Assembly: GCA_017985985.1 (NCBI GenBank)
Contig: JAGNWK010000003.1
Location: 11,865 to 75,864, forward strand
Direction: 5' to 3'
Length of the DNA stretch: 64,000 bases
Source: Oligoflexales bacterium
GTDB lineage: Bacteria; Bdellovibrionota_B; Oligoflexia; Oligoflexales; Bog-1112
Positions 46,799 to 55,023 of the stretch are shown in pieces. The notes beneath the pieces are model-generated. The model had not been told where the DNA came from. It searched no databases and saw only the letters and a program-made list of their open reading frames with translations. Each line of letters starts with the position of its first letter. Position 1 is the stretch's first letter. The translations under genes and the position numbers were made by a program.

Positions 46799-46924
46799 CG
46801 TCATTGTGAGCCAAGCTGTCTAAATATTCATGACAGGCCTCGTCATTGCGAGCCAAGCTGTCTAAATATTCATGACAGGCCTCGTCATTGCGAGCCAAGC
46901 TGTCTAAATATTCATGACAGGCCT
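46799..46924. repeat. Tandem repeat, 3 x 42 bp
   Basis: CGTCATTG(T/C)GAGCCAAGCTGTCTAAATATTCATGACAGGCCT at 46799, 46841 and 46883. Each unit contains a CTGTC...GACAG mini-hairpin. Confidence 0.95.
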
Positions 46925-47001
46925 CGTCATTGCGAGCGTAGCGAAGCAATCTCCGCATAAAGACAAGATTGTTTCGTCGTCTACGGCTCCTCGCAATGAC
47001 G
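46925..47001. repeat. CGTCATTGCGAG...CTCGCAATGACG hairpin element
   Basis: 12-bp terminal inverted arms at 46925-46936 and 46990-47001, enclosing GCGAAGCAATCTCC...GATTGTTTCGTCG. Confidence 0.9.
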
Positions 47002-47033
47002 AAACCGCAATACTTTGACAGGTCGGAGCGAAG

Positions 47034-47113
47034 TCGAGAGGTATCGAGTTAAAACAGAAAAGATAAGTATGGATTCATTCTAATCGAACGACATTGGCGG
47101 TCAGAGGAACTTA
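47034..47113. repeat. ~80-bp repeat shared with 5281-5362
   Basis: TCGGAGCGAAGTCGAGAGGTATCGAGTTAAAAC...GACATTGGCGGTCAG, about 75% identical by eye to the reverse complement of 5281-5362. Confidence 0.75.
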
Positions 47114-47162
47114 ATATAACTTCAATCAGTAAGATTTTTTCCTAAACATGTAAGGCTATTTG

Positions 47163-48179
47163 ATGAAATCAAAATCAGCTGATTCAGTAATACACAAAGA
47201 GTTAAACAAAGAATTAAGCAAGGAGTTTCTCATCTCCATCTATAGAGAGATGCTCCTCTATCGACGTTTCGAGGAGAGGGTCAATCTCTCCTATACTCAG
47301 CAAAAATTCTCTGGATTTTGTCATTTGCACATTGGTCAAGAAGCTCTGTGTGTAGGGGTACAGAGAACCCTCACCCCCGAAGACTACATGATCAGCGGCT
47401 ACCGCTCCCACACCCAGGCCATAGCAAAGGGAATTGATCCAAAACGCGTTTTTGCCGAACTTTACGGAAAAGTGGAGGGCTGCTCTCAAGGTAAGGGTGG
47501 TTCCATGCACATGTTCAGCAAAGAGGCCCGTTTCTTAGGTGGACATGGCATCGTCGGGGGCCAAGCTCCCATAGCCTTAGGCGTAGGCTTTGCTATCCGC
47601 TATAGGAAGGAAAGCTCTATCATTGTCTGTTATCTCGGTGATGCAGCGATGAATCAAGGGGCTGTCTTTGAAGCTATGAATATGGCCCAAACCTGGAAAT
47701 TGCCCGTACTGTTTGTCATTGAGAACAATCACTATGGGATGGGAACAGCGATTCAAAGAACCACCAGCATCGATCACCTTTACAAACGGGCTCATGCTTT
47801 TGATATGCCCTGCTCTCAAGTCGATGGTATGGATGTCAAAACAGTCTTCCTTCACGTCAAACCTATCGTCGATGCCATGCGAGGAAAAGGCGGCAAGACC
47901 AGTGGACCCTATCTCCTAGAAGCTCTGACTTATCGTTATAAAGGCCACTCCGTGTCCGATCCTGCCACCTACCGATCCAAAGATGAAGTTTTGGCTTATC
48001 AAAAACGAGACCCTCTCCTTACACTTGCAGAAGAATTGAAATCCAAACATGGAGTTCTTGATAAAGCTTTGGAAGAACTCGATCAGGGAGTTCGTGCGGA
48101 AGTCAAAGTCGCTGAACAATTTGCTGACCAGTCATCCTATCCTGAGGACGAAGCAGCCTGGATGAATGTTTTTGCTTGA
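47163..48179 (+). CDS. pdhA: Pyruvate dehydrogenase E1 component, alpha subunit
   Basis: YREMLLYRRFEERV, GFCHLHIGQEA, GYRSHTQAIAKG, GKGGSMHMF, GGHGIVGGQAPIALG, TYRYKGHSVSDP. Confidence 0.88.
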   Translation: MKSKSADSVIHKELNKELSKEFLISIYREMLLYRRFEERVNLSYTQQKFSGFCHLHIGQEALCVGVQRTLTPEDYMISGYRSHTQAIAKGIDPKRVFAELYGKVEGCSQGKGGSMHMFSKEARFLGGHGIVGGQAPIALGVGFAIRYRKESSIIVCYLGDAAMNQGAVFEAMNMAQTWKLPVLFVIENNHYGMGTAIQRTTSIDHLYKRAHAFDMPCSQVDGMDVKTVFLHVKPIVDAMRGKGGKTSGPYLLEALTYRYKGHSVSDPATYRSKDEVLAYQKRDPLLTLAEELKSKHGVLDKALEELDQGVRAEVKVAEQFADQSSYPEDEAAWMNVFA

Positions 48180-48188
48180 GGAATCATT

Positions 48189-49181
48189 ATGCCAAAAATA
48201 CTGACTATGCGAGAGGCCATCTGTGAAGCTATGGCTGAAGAGATGGAGCGTGACTCTCGAGTTTTTTTACTCGGGGAAGAAGTAGCCGAGTACAACGGAG
48301 CCTACAAGGCATCCAAGGGACTGCTCGAGCGATTTGGAGCAGAACGTGTGATTGATTCACCCATCTCTGAGGGAGGGTTTGCAGGTCTAGGGGTGGGGGC
48401 GGCTATGGTTGGACTGCGACCCATCATCGAGATGATGACCTGGAACTTCGGTATCCAAGGCTTCGACCAGATCATCAATCACGCCGCCAAAATGCACTAC
48501 ATGTCTGGGGGACAATTTTCCATACCTGTCGTTTATCGAGGACCGAATGGAGCTGCTCATATGCTCTCCTCCCAGCACTCTCAGAATGTAGACCCCATGC
48601 TCTCGAACATTCCAGGGCTCAAACTCATCTCTGTTGCCACACCAAAAGATGCCAAAGGCCTCCTCAAGTCTGCTATCAGGGATGATAACCCCGTTATTTT
48701 CCTCGAAAGTGAGATGCTCTATGGTCTAAAAGGCGAAGTTCCAGATGGGGAGCATCTTATCCCCATAGGTCTTGGTGAAATCAAACATCCAGGGAAAGAT
48801 GTCACCATGATCAGCTGGGGAAAAATATCTCACACAGCGATGAAAGCTGTAGAGCAACTCGAAAAGGAAGGTATCTCCGTCGAGCTCATCGACCCACGAA
48901 CCCTGGTCCCCCTCGACGAAGAGCTGATTTTTAATTCTGTCCGTAAAACACATCGAGTGGTCATCGTCGAAGAGAACTGGCCTTTTGCCTCTGTGGGCAG
49001 CCAAATCTCCGACCGAATTCAATATGTTTGTTTTGATGAGCTCGATGCACCCATCGAGAGAGTTTCTCAAGCTAATGTGCCTGTGCCATACTGCGAAAAG
49101 TTAGAGCATCTGGTTCTACCTAGCCAAGAACAGATTTTGTCTGCTGTCAAACAAACCCTGTATAGCAAAAATCGGGTTTGA
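48189..49181 (+). CDS. pdhB: Pyruvate dehydrogenase E1 component, beta subunit
   Basis: MREAICEAMAEEMERD, LGEEVAEYNGAYKASKGL, RVIDSPISEGGFAGLGVGAA, PVVYRGPNGA. Confidence 0.88.
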   Translation: MPKILTMREAICEAMAEEMERDSRVFLLGEEVAEYNGAYKASKGLLERFGAERVIDSPISEGGFAGLGVGAAMVGLRPIIEMMTWNFGIQGFDQIINHAAKMHYMSGGQFSIPVVYRGPNGAAHMLSSQHSQNVDPMLSNIPGLKLISVATPKDAKGLLKSAIRDDNPVIFLESEMLYGLKGEVPDGEHLIPIGLGEIKHPGKDVTMISWGKISHTAMKAVEQLEKEGISVELIDPRTLVPLDEELIFNSVRKTHRVVIVEENWPFASVGSQISDRIQYVCFDELDAPIERVSQANVPVPYCEKLEHLVLPSQEQILSAVKQTLYSKNRV

Positions 49182-49229
49182 AAAAGACGGTGGATCTGCC
49201 CTAGGATCTAACAGACAAAAGGAGAAAGT

Positions 49230-49481
49230 ATGGACGACAACTCCATCGATTTCAGCGGGCTTATTCTCGGCTTCTCTTCAGCGGCCCTCCACTACATGGG
49301 GCATTCCTCTATCGAGGGAAAAAACGATCAGGAAAACCTGACCCTAGCCCAGCAAAATATTAGAATTCTTGAACTCCTCTCTGAGAAGACAAGGGGAAAC
49401 CTCAATCAAGAGGAAGAAAAACTCATGAAAGAGGTCCTCTTAGACCTAAAGATCAAGCTTGCTAGACAGACCAAACCTTAG
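49230..49481 (+). CDS. DUF1844-family small protein
   Basis: FSGLILGFSSAALHYMGH...NLTLAQQNIRILELLSEKTRGNLNQEEEKLMKEVLLDLK matches my recollection of the DUF1844 pattern. Confidence 0.65.
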   Translation: MDDNSIDFSGLILGFSSAALHYMGHSSIEGKNDQENLTLAQQNIRILELLSEKTRGNLNQEEEKLMKEVLLDLKIKLARQTKP

Positions 49482-49584
49482 AAGGATGATGGCTCTCCAA
49501 CCATTCCACCGAAGCGAGCAGAATCCACAGCAGATCCCACTGAGTCGTGGGGCACTCCTCTCCACAATAGGCGACCGTTAGTTA

Positions 49585-49608
49585 GGGGAAACTGCGCAGT
49601 TTTCTCCC
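49585..49608. repeat. GGGGAAAC-family hairpin plus CCCTC tail
   Basis: GGGGAAACTGCGCAGTTTTCTCCC followed by AAACCCTCTTC, about 120 nt upstream of clpB. Confidence 0.85.
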
Positions 49609-49728
49609 AAACCCTCTTCTTGCTCTTGCGCAACAAACGGACAGTCTATTTAAGATATTTTTACGTTCTCCGATAGCCCCCTGGGGCTTAATTATTTTTT
49701 TGCCCCCATTCCTTTATGAGGGTGGGTC

Positions 49729-52434
49729 ATGGACGTCTCCCGATATAATTTTCTCTGCCAGAAGGCTCTGTATCAAGGGCTCCAGTACGCTAAAAGTTTT
49801 GGGCATATGTTCTTAGAAGTGGAACATGTCGCCCTCACCCTTATTAAGAGCGAAGCCGTAGAACTAGAGGCTGGAGCCGGATCCAGACTCCAGCATCACC
49901 TGCAGAAACATCTGTCAAAATTTCGTCGTGTCTTTGGCTCCGTCGAGATCGAATTTGGGACCAGACTCGATAAGTGCCTCGATAAGGTCGAGGCTGCTGC
50001 AGGTAAAACTCCTGTTGACGAACACAAGCTCTGGGAAGAGCTCGTGAACCATTCGGAAGTTCTCAAAAAATTCTTCCAAGAAGACAAAGACTTCCATAAA
50101 GGTTCCGAGATCATCACGGGCACTCTCGAAAAGAAACTCCGAGAAGGCGGCCCTCAAAATCAGAAAGAGCCTATTACCCCCAAAAAAGCAGAGGCCCCCA
50201 CTAAAAAATCAGGACCTGATGCTAAAGAAACCAAGAAACCCAGCTCAAAAGACAGTTCTAAGAAGACGAGTCCTTATCAGATCCCTGAAAAACTCTCTGA
50301 AATCCTCGAGAAGTTTACAGTTGATCTGACAGCCATCGCAGAGAGAGGGGAACTCGATCCTGTCATTGGGAGAGAACTAGAAACTCGCAGAGTTTTGGAG
50401 ATTCTAGGAAGAAAGAAAAAGAATAATCCTATTCTGATCGGAGAAGCCGGGGTCGGAAAAACAGCCGTAGCTGAGTGCCTCGCTCTTCGTATAGCCGAGG
50501 GACGAGTCCCCCAAAATATGAAGAGCAAACGTGTCCTCTCTCTCGACCTAGGTTCCCTGGTCGCTGGAGCCCGATTTCGCGGAGAATTCGAGGATAGGGT
50601 CAAAAATCTTCTCCAGGCCATCAAAGCTTGCGAGGGTGAGATCATCCTCTTTATTGACGAAATTCACATGCTAGTCGGCACAGGTAGAGCAGAAGGTTCC
50701 CCCGATGCAGCAAACCTCTTGAAACCAGCTCTTGCAAGAGGAGAACTCCACTGTCTGGGGGCAACAACCCTCGACGAGTACCGTACCCATATTGAAAAAG
50801 ATCCTGCCCTAGAAAGGCGCTTCCAGGCAGTTAAAGTCGAAGAGGCTTCCCGAGCAGGGGTCCTCTCCATTCTCCGCGGCATTAAAAGTCGCTATGAAAT
50901 TTATCACGGGGTTCAAATCCATGATGAGGCCTTAACCAGTTCCGTCGACCTCTCAGTCCGATTTATACCCAGCAGACGTCTACCCGATAAGGCTATCGAC
51001 CTCTTAGATGAGGCCTGCAGTCGTATGCGCATGCAGATTGAAAGCATCCCTGCAGGAATGGAGGATCTACGATCACAGATCGAACAACTTGAGATTGAAA
51101 AAAGCACGATTGCAAAAGATGATATCACCGCATCCAAAGCCTTGGGCCGACTCGATGTCGACCTCAAACAGGCCCAAAGCGAATACACAAAACTTGAGAC
51201 TCTTTGGACAAGACATAAAACCTTGCTGGATAAACTTCGCAAATGGGAAGGTCGCAAGACAGAACTCGAAACCTTGTTTGAAACGAGCAAACAAAAGGGA
51301 GAATTCGAATTCGCCGCTAAACTTCAATATGTTGAGATTCCTAAGGCCCACGACAACCTCAAACAAATCCTTCAGGAGTTAGCTACCCTCCAAAAACAGC
51401 ATTCCTGGTTACGGCAGGTTGTTGGCAGCATCGAAATAGCCCACGTGATCGCTACATGGACAGGCATCCCTGTCGATCAGATGTTCAAAGAAGAGTCTGC
51501 TAATTTGCTCAAGATGGAAGAAAGAATCGGAAAGAGGGTGTTTGGGCAGGAAGAAGCTGTCATAAAGCTCAGCAAAGCTGTCCGTAGAGCCCGTGTTGGC
51601 ATCAACGATCCACGACGACCTCTCGGTGTATTTTTATTTATTGGGCCCACAGGGGTGGGAAAGACAGAAACAGTGAAAGCGCTCGCTGCTGAGATTTTTG
51701 ATGATGACCGCCGGATGGTACGCATCGACATGTCTGAATACATGGAAGCCCATAGCGTGTCGCGCCTCATAGGCTCGCCCCCAGGCTATGTCGGTCATGG
51801 GCAGGGAGGTGAACTCAGCGAACCGGTCCGTCGTACTCCCTACACAGTCGTTCTTTTTGATGAAATTGAAAAGGCCCACCCCCGGATCCTGGACCTGCTC
51901 CTGCAGACCTTCGATGACGGACACCTCACAGATGCCAATGGACGACTTGTCAACTTCAAGAATACTCTGTTGGTTATGACATCGAACTTGCCTTTGCAGC
52001 TCGAGTCCTCCGCAAAAGACCCAACTTTCGATGATGAGGTTCGCAAAGAACTTGGCAAGCACCTCCGCCCCGAGCTTGTTGGACGCATCGACGAGGTTGT
52101 GCTTTTCAGGGAACTGCGAGCTCAGCACATGGAGCAGTTGCTACAAAGAAAACTCAGCGAGCTCAATAACCGACTCGCAGAGAGACAGTTCCGGATCCTG
52201 TTAGGACCCAAGTTAGAGCGCGAAATTCTAGAGTTGGCGACACTTGGATCCTCCGGGGGACGAGGAATGAGACGAGCCTTTGACTCCCTCGTTGTGGATG
52301 CAACGGCGGAGAGAATCCTGCAAGCTCCCGCGTCCTGTAAAGGGGCATGGCAAATCGAAAGAGCAGAAGGCCGCGCACTCTCCTGGACGGAAGACTTTTC
52401 TCTCCATCGCTACCTAAAGGCCTCAGCCGCCTAA
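49729..52434 (+). CDS. clpB: ATP-dependent chaperone ClpB
   Basis: [38 protein letters not shown] (NBD1), a coiled-coil M-domain, and GPTGVGKTE...[11 protein letters not shown] (NBD2). A Lys/Pro-rich insert lies between the N-domain and NBD1. Confidence 0.92.
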   Translation: MDVSRYNFLCQKALYQGLQYAKSFGHMFLEVEHVALTLIKSEAVELEAGAGSRLQHHLQKHLSKFRRVFGSVEIEFGTRLDKCLDKVEAAAGKTPVDEHKLWEELVNHSEVLKKFFQEDKDFHKGSEIITGTLEKKLREGGPQNQKEPITPKKAEAPTKKSGPDAKETKKPSSKDSSKKTSPYQIPEKLSEILEKFTVDLTAIAERGELDPVIGRELETRRVLEILGRKKKNNPILIGEAGVGKTAVAECLALRIAEGRVPQNMKSKRVLSLDLGSLVAGARFRGEFEDRVKNLLQAIKACEGEIILFIDEIHMLVGTGRAEGSPDAANLLKPALARGELHCLGATTLDEYRTHIEKDPALERRFQAVKVEEASRAGVLSILRGIKSRYEIYHGVQIHDEALTSSVDLSVRFIPSRRLPDKAIDLLDEACSRMRMQIESIPAGMEDLRSQIEQLEIEKSTIAKDDITASKALGRLDVDLKQAQSEYTKLETLWTRHKTLLDKLRKWEGRKTELETLFETSKQKGEFEFAAKLQYVEIPKAHDNLKQILQELATLQKQHSWLRQVVGSIEIAHVIATWTGIPVDQMFKEESANLLKMEERIGKRVFGQEEAVIKLSKAVRRARVGINDPRRPLGVFLFIGPTGVGKTETVKALAAEIFDDDRRMVRIDMSEYMEAHSVSRLIGSPPGYVGHGQGGELSEPVRRTPYTVVLFDEIEKAHPRILDLLLQTFDDGHLTDANGRLVNFKNTLLVMTSNLPLQLESSAKDPTFDDEVRKELGKHLRPELVGRIDEVVLFRELRAQHMEQLLQRKLSELNNRLAERQFRILLGPKLEREILELATLGSSGGRGMRRAFDSLVVDATAERILQAPASCKGAWQIERAEGRALSWTEDFSLHRYLKASAA

Positions 52435-52450
52435 AATCTCGTAAAGATCC

Positions 52451-52477
52451 TTGACTTGCGCGCCGCTTCCATAATAC
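52451..52477 (+). promoter_or_regulatory. Candidate sigma-70 promoter for tRNA-Gln
   Basis: TTGACT-N15-TAATAC. It ends about 16 nt before the tRNA 5' end, and the spacing is slightly short. Confidence 0.35.
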
Positions 52478-52492
52478 TCAAGCCCAGTGCCT

Positions 52493-52567
52493 TGGGGCGT
52501 CGTCAAGCGGTAAGACACTAGATTTTGATTCTAGTATGCGCAGGTTCGATTCCTGCCGCCCCAGCCA
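52493..52567 (+). tRNA. tRNA-Gln (anticodon UUG), CCA encoded
   Basis: Hand-folded cloverleaf. Acceptor TGGGGCG/CGCCCCA; D-arm GTC-AAGCGGTAA-GAC; anticodon arm CTAGA-TTTTGAT-TCTAG; T-arm GCAGG-TTCGATT-CCTGC; discriminator G plus CCA. Confidence 0.9.
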
Positions 52568-52758
52568 CTTCACTACATCAAAATGCCAAACATTGGCAGT
52601 ATCGTTAAAATTGCCTCCCATCCGGCAAAAGTTGACAGTAACCATCCAATTATATTAACATAAATAAGTTTAGAGTCCCAAATTCTACTCCATATAAAAC
52701 TTTATAAGGGCTATATAAGAGTAGTTTTATAAAAGTAGTTTTGCGTGAGGCCTGATAG

Positions 52759-53178
52759 ATGAAGATCAAAGTCGCTGCTCCAACACTCCTCTTAATCCTC
52801 ACATCCTGTGCACAACTTCACCATGTTCAGCTGGGTGATATCCATCACCGTAATGGAGCAGGAACCCCATTTTCCATTAAAGTCAGTGAGACCGGAATAG
52901 ACCTAAGGGAAGGAGCTCAGGTTGCCAAAGCATTTATGAAAAGCCAGCAGCTAAAGGATAGTGTCGACTCCTTGCAGAATATTCTCGAAATGTTTCAAAT
53001 GGGACCTCGCACTGGCAATCCGGTATTTTCCCCTCTGTATGCCGACTCATTGCTAGAGATGCTCAAGGCAGAGTGCCCAAGTGGAAAAATCACAGCACTG
53101 AGCGCCATCCGAGAAAGTCGTAAATACCCAGTGATCAGCGGTGAAATTGTAAAAATCAACGGTGAATGTCTAAGATAG
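52759..53178 (+). CDS. Small lipoprotein, paralog 1 of 3
   Basis: Lipobox LILTSC. Shares ...C(P/Q)xG(K/D/E)(I/V)...G(E/Y/Q)C with the next two genes (KAECPSGKITAL...INGECLR). Confidence 0.7.
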   Translation: MKIKVAAPTLLLILTSCAQLHHVQLGDIHHRNGAGTPFSIKVSETGIDLREGAQVAKAFMKSQQLKDSVDSLQNILEMFQMGPRTGNPVFSPLYADSLLEMLKAECPSGKITALSAIRESRKYPVISGEIVKINGECLR

Positions 53179-53198
53179 AATAAAGAACGGAATGACTT

Positions 53199-53495
53199 AT
53201 GAAGACCTTTATGCTGTTTGTTTCTCTGGTGATGTCTCAGGCTTGTGCTCACATCCAGACGGTGTCCATCACGCAAATACCTGCAGATCGAAGTAAAGTT
53301 GTCACAGCAGAAGCTGAAAAATTCGTCTTCCTCGGTTTTACATTTGATAACGATTTCGTAGACACCTTGTCTGTTGATCTTGCTGCACAGTGCCCTAAAG
53401 GGGACGTCCGAGGCATCTTCACAAAAGACGAAGTAAAAAGCTATTTCATTGCACACACAAGACGTGTCACAAGTCGTGGGTACTGCGTAAAATGA
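53199..53495 (+). CDS. Small lipoprotein, paralog 2 of 3 (Bor-like?)
   Basis: Lipobox MSQAC. AEKFVFLGFTFDNDFVDTLSVDLAAQCPKGDVRGIFTK...SRGYCVK aligns with paralog 3. Confidence 0.7.
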   Translation: MKTFMLFVSLVMSQACAHIQTVSITQIPADRSKVVTAEAEKFVFLGFTFDNDFVDTLSVDLAAQCPKGDVRGIFTKDEVKSYFIAHTRRVTSRGYCVK

Positions 53496-53806
53496 AAACA
53501 TACATCAAGAACATAGCTCTCAGCGCCTTTCTGCTGTCCTCATGTGTCCACAGCGTCCATCAGGTGGGTGTCAGTGATTTCGAACCTTTTGGGGGTAACG
53601 GAAAAGGGATAGAGTCTCAAGCTGAACAGTTTGTCATTATGGGTGTGACTTCTGAGACGAATTACGCAGATGAAGCTTATCAAATGCTCTTGTCTCAGTG
53701 CCAAGGTGGGGAGATCCGAGGAGTGTTTACCCGCTACTCGACGAGTCTGGGCTTTTTTTCTTGGACAAACAAGATCCTCATAAAAGGACAGTGCTTTAAA
53801 AGCTGA
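53492..53806 (+). CDS. Small lipoprotein, paralog 3 of 3 (Bor-like?)
   Basis: Lipobox LLSSC. AEQFVIMGVTSETNYADEAYQMLLSQCQGGEIRGVFTR...IKGQCFKS. Its start overlaps the paralog 2 stop (ATGA). Confidence 0.7.
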   Translation: MKTYIKNIALSAFLLSSCVHSVHQVGVSDFEPFGGNGKGIESQAEQFVIMGVTSETNYADEAYQMLLSQCQGGEIRGVFTRYSTSLGFFSWTNKILIKGQCFKS

Positions 53807-53814
53807 CTTTTTCT

Positions 53815-53948
53815 TAGGAAGCATCCCACAAGTCGTATAGCAAGGCATTGAGGAGCGAGCAGCGCAGTTTACTTGCTGGTAAATGAGCAGCGCAGCGACG
53901 AAAATAACGCAGCTAGACGACTTGTGGGATGCTTCCTAGTGATAACGG
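53815..53948. repeat. 134-bp element with 22-bp perfect terminal inverted repeats
   Basis: TAGGAAGCATCCCACAAGTCGT (53815-53836) pairs with ACGACTTGTGGGATGCTTCCTA (53927-53948). The interior has duplicated GAGCAGCGCAG. It sits between convergent genes. Confidence 0.92.
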
Positions 53949-53955
53949 GGCTGTC

Positions 53956-55020
53956 TCAGATCTCTTCTACGTTCAAAGAACAGCCTTTCAGGGGTGCTTG
54001 AGGCAGTCTGCCTAAAAGTGTAAACCCTCCCTCTGCATCCAGACGAATGAGATCTTGAACCCGCAGAGGCCAGGGGTAATCTATCCTAGCTGGATCAAAT
54101 AGAGTGAGGCAGCCTTCGCCAGAGGAATCCACTCGACCAGAACCCACCAGAACTCCCACTTTCACCCAATATGGAAATAAAAACCGACGAGAATTCACCG
54201 TCGCATCATAGAAGTCATAGGCTTGGCTAGCCATCTCACACATGCTGTACTCACTGACCACCCTCTGTTTAGATACCCCAAAAGTCTCGCTAAGCGCAGT
54301 ATATAAATCTTCCCTTCCGATCTCCCGGGTTTTGCCCTTGGTGCCACCTGTTTCAAAAATGACAGAGCCCTCTGGCAGAATCAGTTTTCTACCCTCTAAC
54401 TGATCTAAGATCTGGACAAAATGAAAGGCAGTTCCAAACAGCCAAATTTTTTTACCCCCAGCTGTTATCCGTTCTATATCGGAAGCAAGAGACACAGCCC
54501 CTTCGACATGCCCTAGGGGCCAAAGTTCTCCAAACCACGATATCATCTGCGCTAAACTGCTATCCGTCCAGACTGAAGAGGGAGGCACTAACGAGAGTCC
54601 CTGGGCTGAATGCAAACCTGCATCGTCAAAAAAGTAGCTCATCACTGAGTGGAACGTTTTTAGGGAAGCTGACTTAAAAAAGGCCAATCCCCTCTCACTA
54701 AAATGAGAACGAGATCGTATCGACTGGGTCGTCCCACTCGACAGAAAAGTTTTATGCGGCACACTCCCCCCAAATTCTTGGAAGAGGATGGAGTCCATCG
54801 ACTTGAATCTTTCGATAGGAAGATAGTGTTGCAGCTTGGAATCGCCCAAAAACGGCTTTTTCAATTTTGACAGAAAGGATTTGTCACAAGAAGGGGGAAA
54901 GGGGGAAACTGCACAGTTGCTTCCCCCAAGAAAAGAATCGCAAGGAGGGGGGCAGGAGGAAACTACACAGCCGGTTCCCCCTGGAAGTAAACTACTTGCC
55001 TTGCTACGAAATACTGACAT
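53956..55020 (-). CDS. LuxE/PaaK-like adenylate-forming acyl-protein synthetase family protein
   Basis: LPIERFKS, FLSSGTTQ (AMP motif), FGTAFHFVQILD, IFETGGTKGK. The N-terminal 50 aa are encoded by tandem palindromic repeats, so the true start is uncertain. Confidence 0.6.
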   Translation of the reverse strand: MSVFRSKASSLLPGGTGCVVSSCPPPCDSFLGGSNCAVSPFPPSCDKSFLSKLKKPFLGDSKLQHYLPIERFKSMDSILFQEFGGSVPHKTFLSSGTTQSIRSRSHFSERGLAFFKSASLKTFHSVMSYFFDDAGLHSAQGLSLVPPSSVWTDSSLAQMISWFGELWPLGHVEGAVSLASDIERITAGGKKIWLFGTAFHFVQILDQLEGRKLILPEGSVIFETGGTKGKTREIGREDLYTALSETFGVSKQRVVSEYSMCEMASQAYDFYDATVNSRRFLFPYWVKVGVLVGSGRVDSSGEGCLTLFDPARIDYPWPLRVQDLIRLDAEGGFTLLGRLPQAPLKGCSLNVEEI

Positions 55021-55023
55021 CCG

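Noticed and set aside
46799-46924. Possible CRISPR array (regularly spaced CGTCATTGCGAG heads every 42 bp)
   Set aside because: The entire 42-bp unit is repeated, so there are no unique spacers between repeats. There are only three copies, and no cas genes are in the window. It is a simple tandem repeat of a dispersed element.
46770-46958. 62-aa ORF with the thrice-repeated peptide ARNDEACHEYLDSL
   Set aside because: It is a direct translation of the 42-bp tandem DNA repeat (42 = 14 codons). The same repeat family produces similar pseudo-ORFs elsewhere. The KEGVPPSL-containing ORFs 27183..27386 and 36828..37034 come from another repeat family in the same way.
49660-49712. Sigma-32 heat-shock promoter upstream of clpB (CTTAATT ... 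CCCCCATT)
   Set aside because: The -10-like CCCCATT is good, but the -35 match is weak (about 4/7) and the spacer is ~10 nt against the expected 13-15. It is too uncertain to list as a feature.
52995-53501. 168-aa minus-strand ORF
   Set aside because: It is antisense across two of the three lipoprotein genes, which have lipoboxes, paralogy and coupled starts. It has no motifs of its own.
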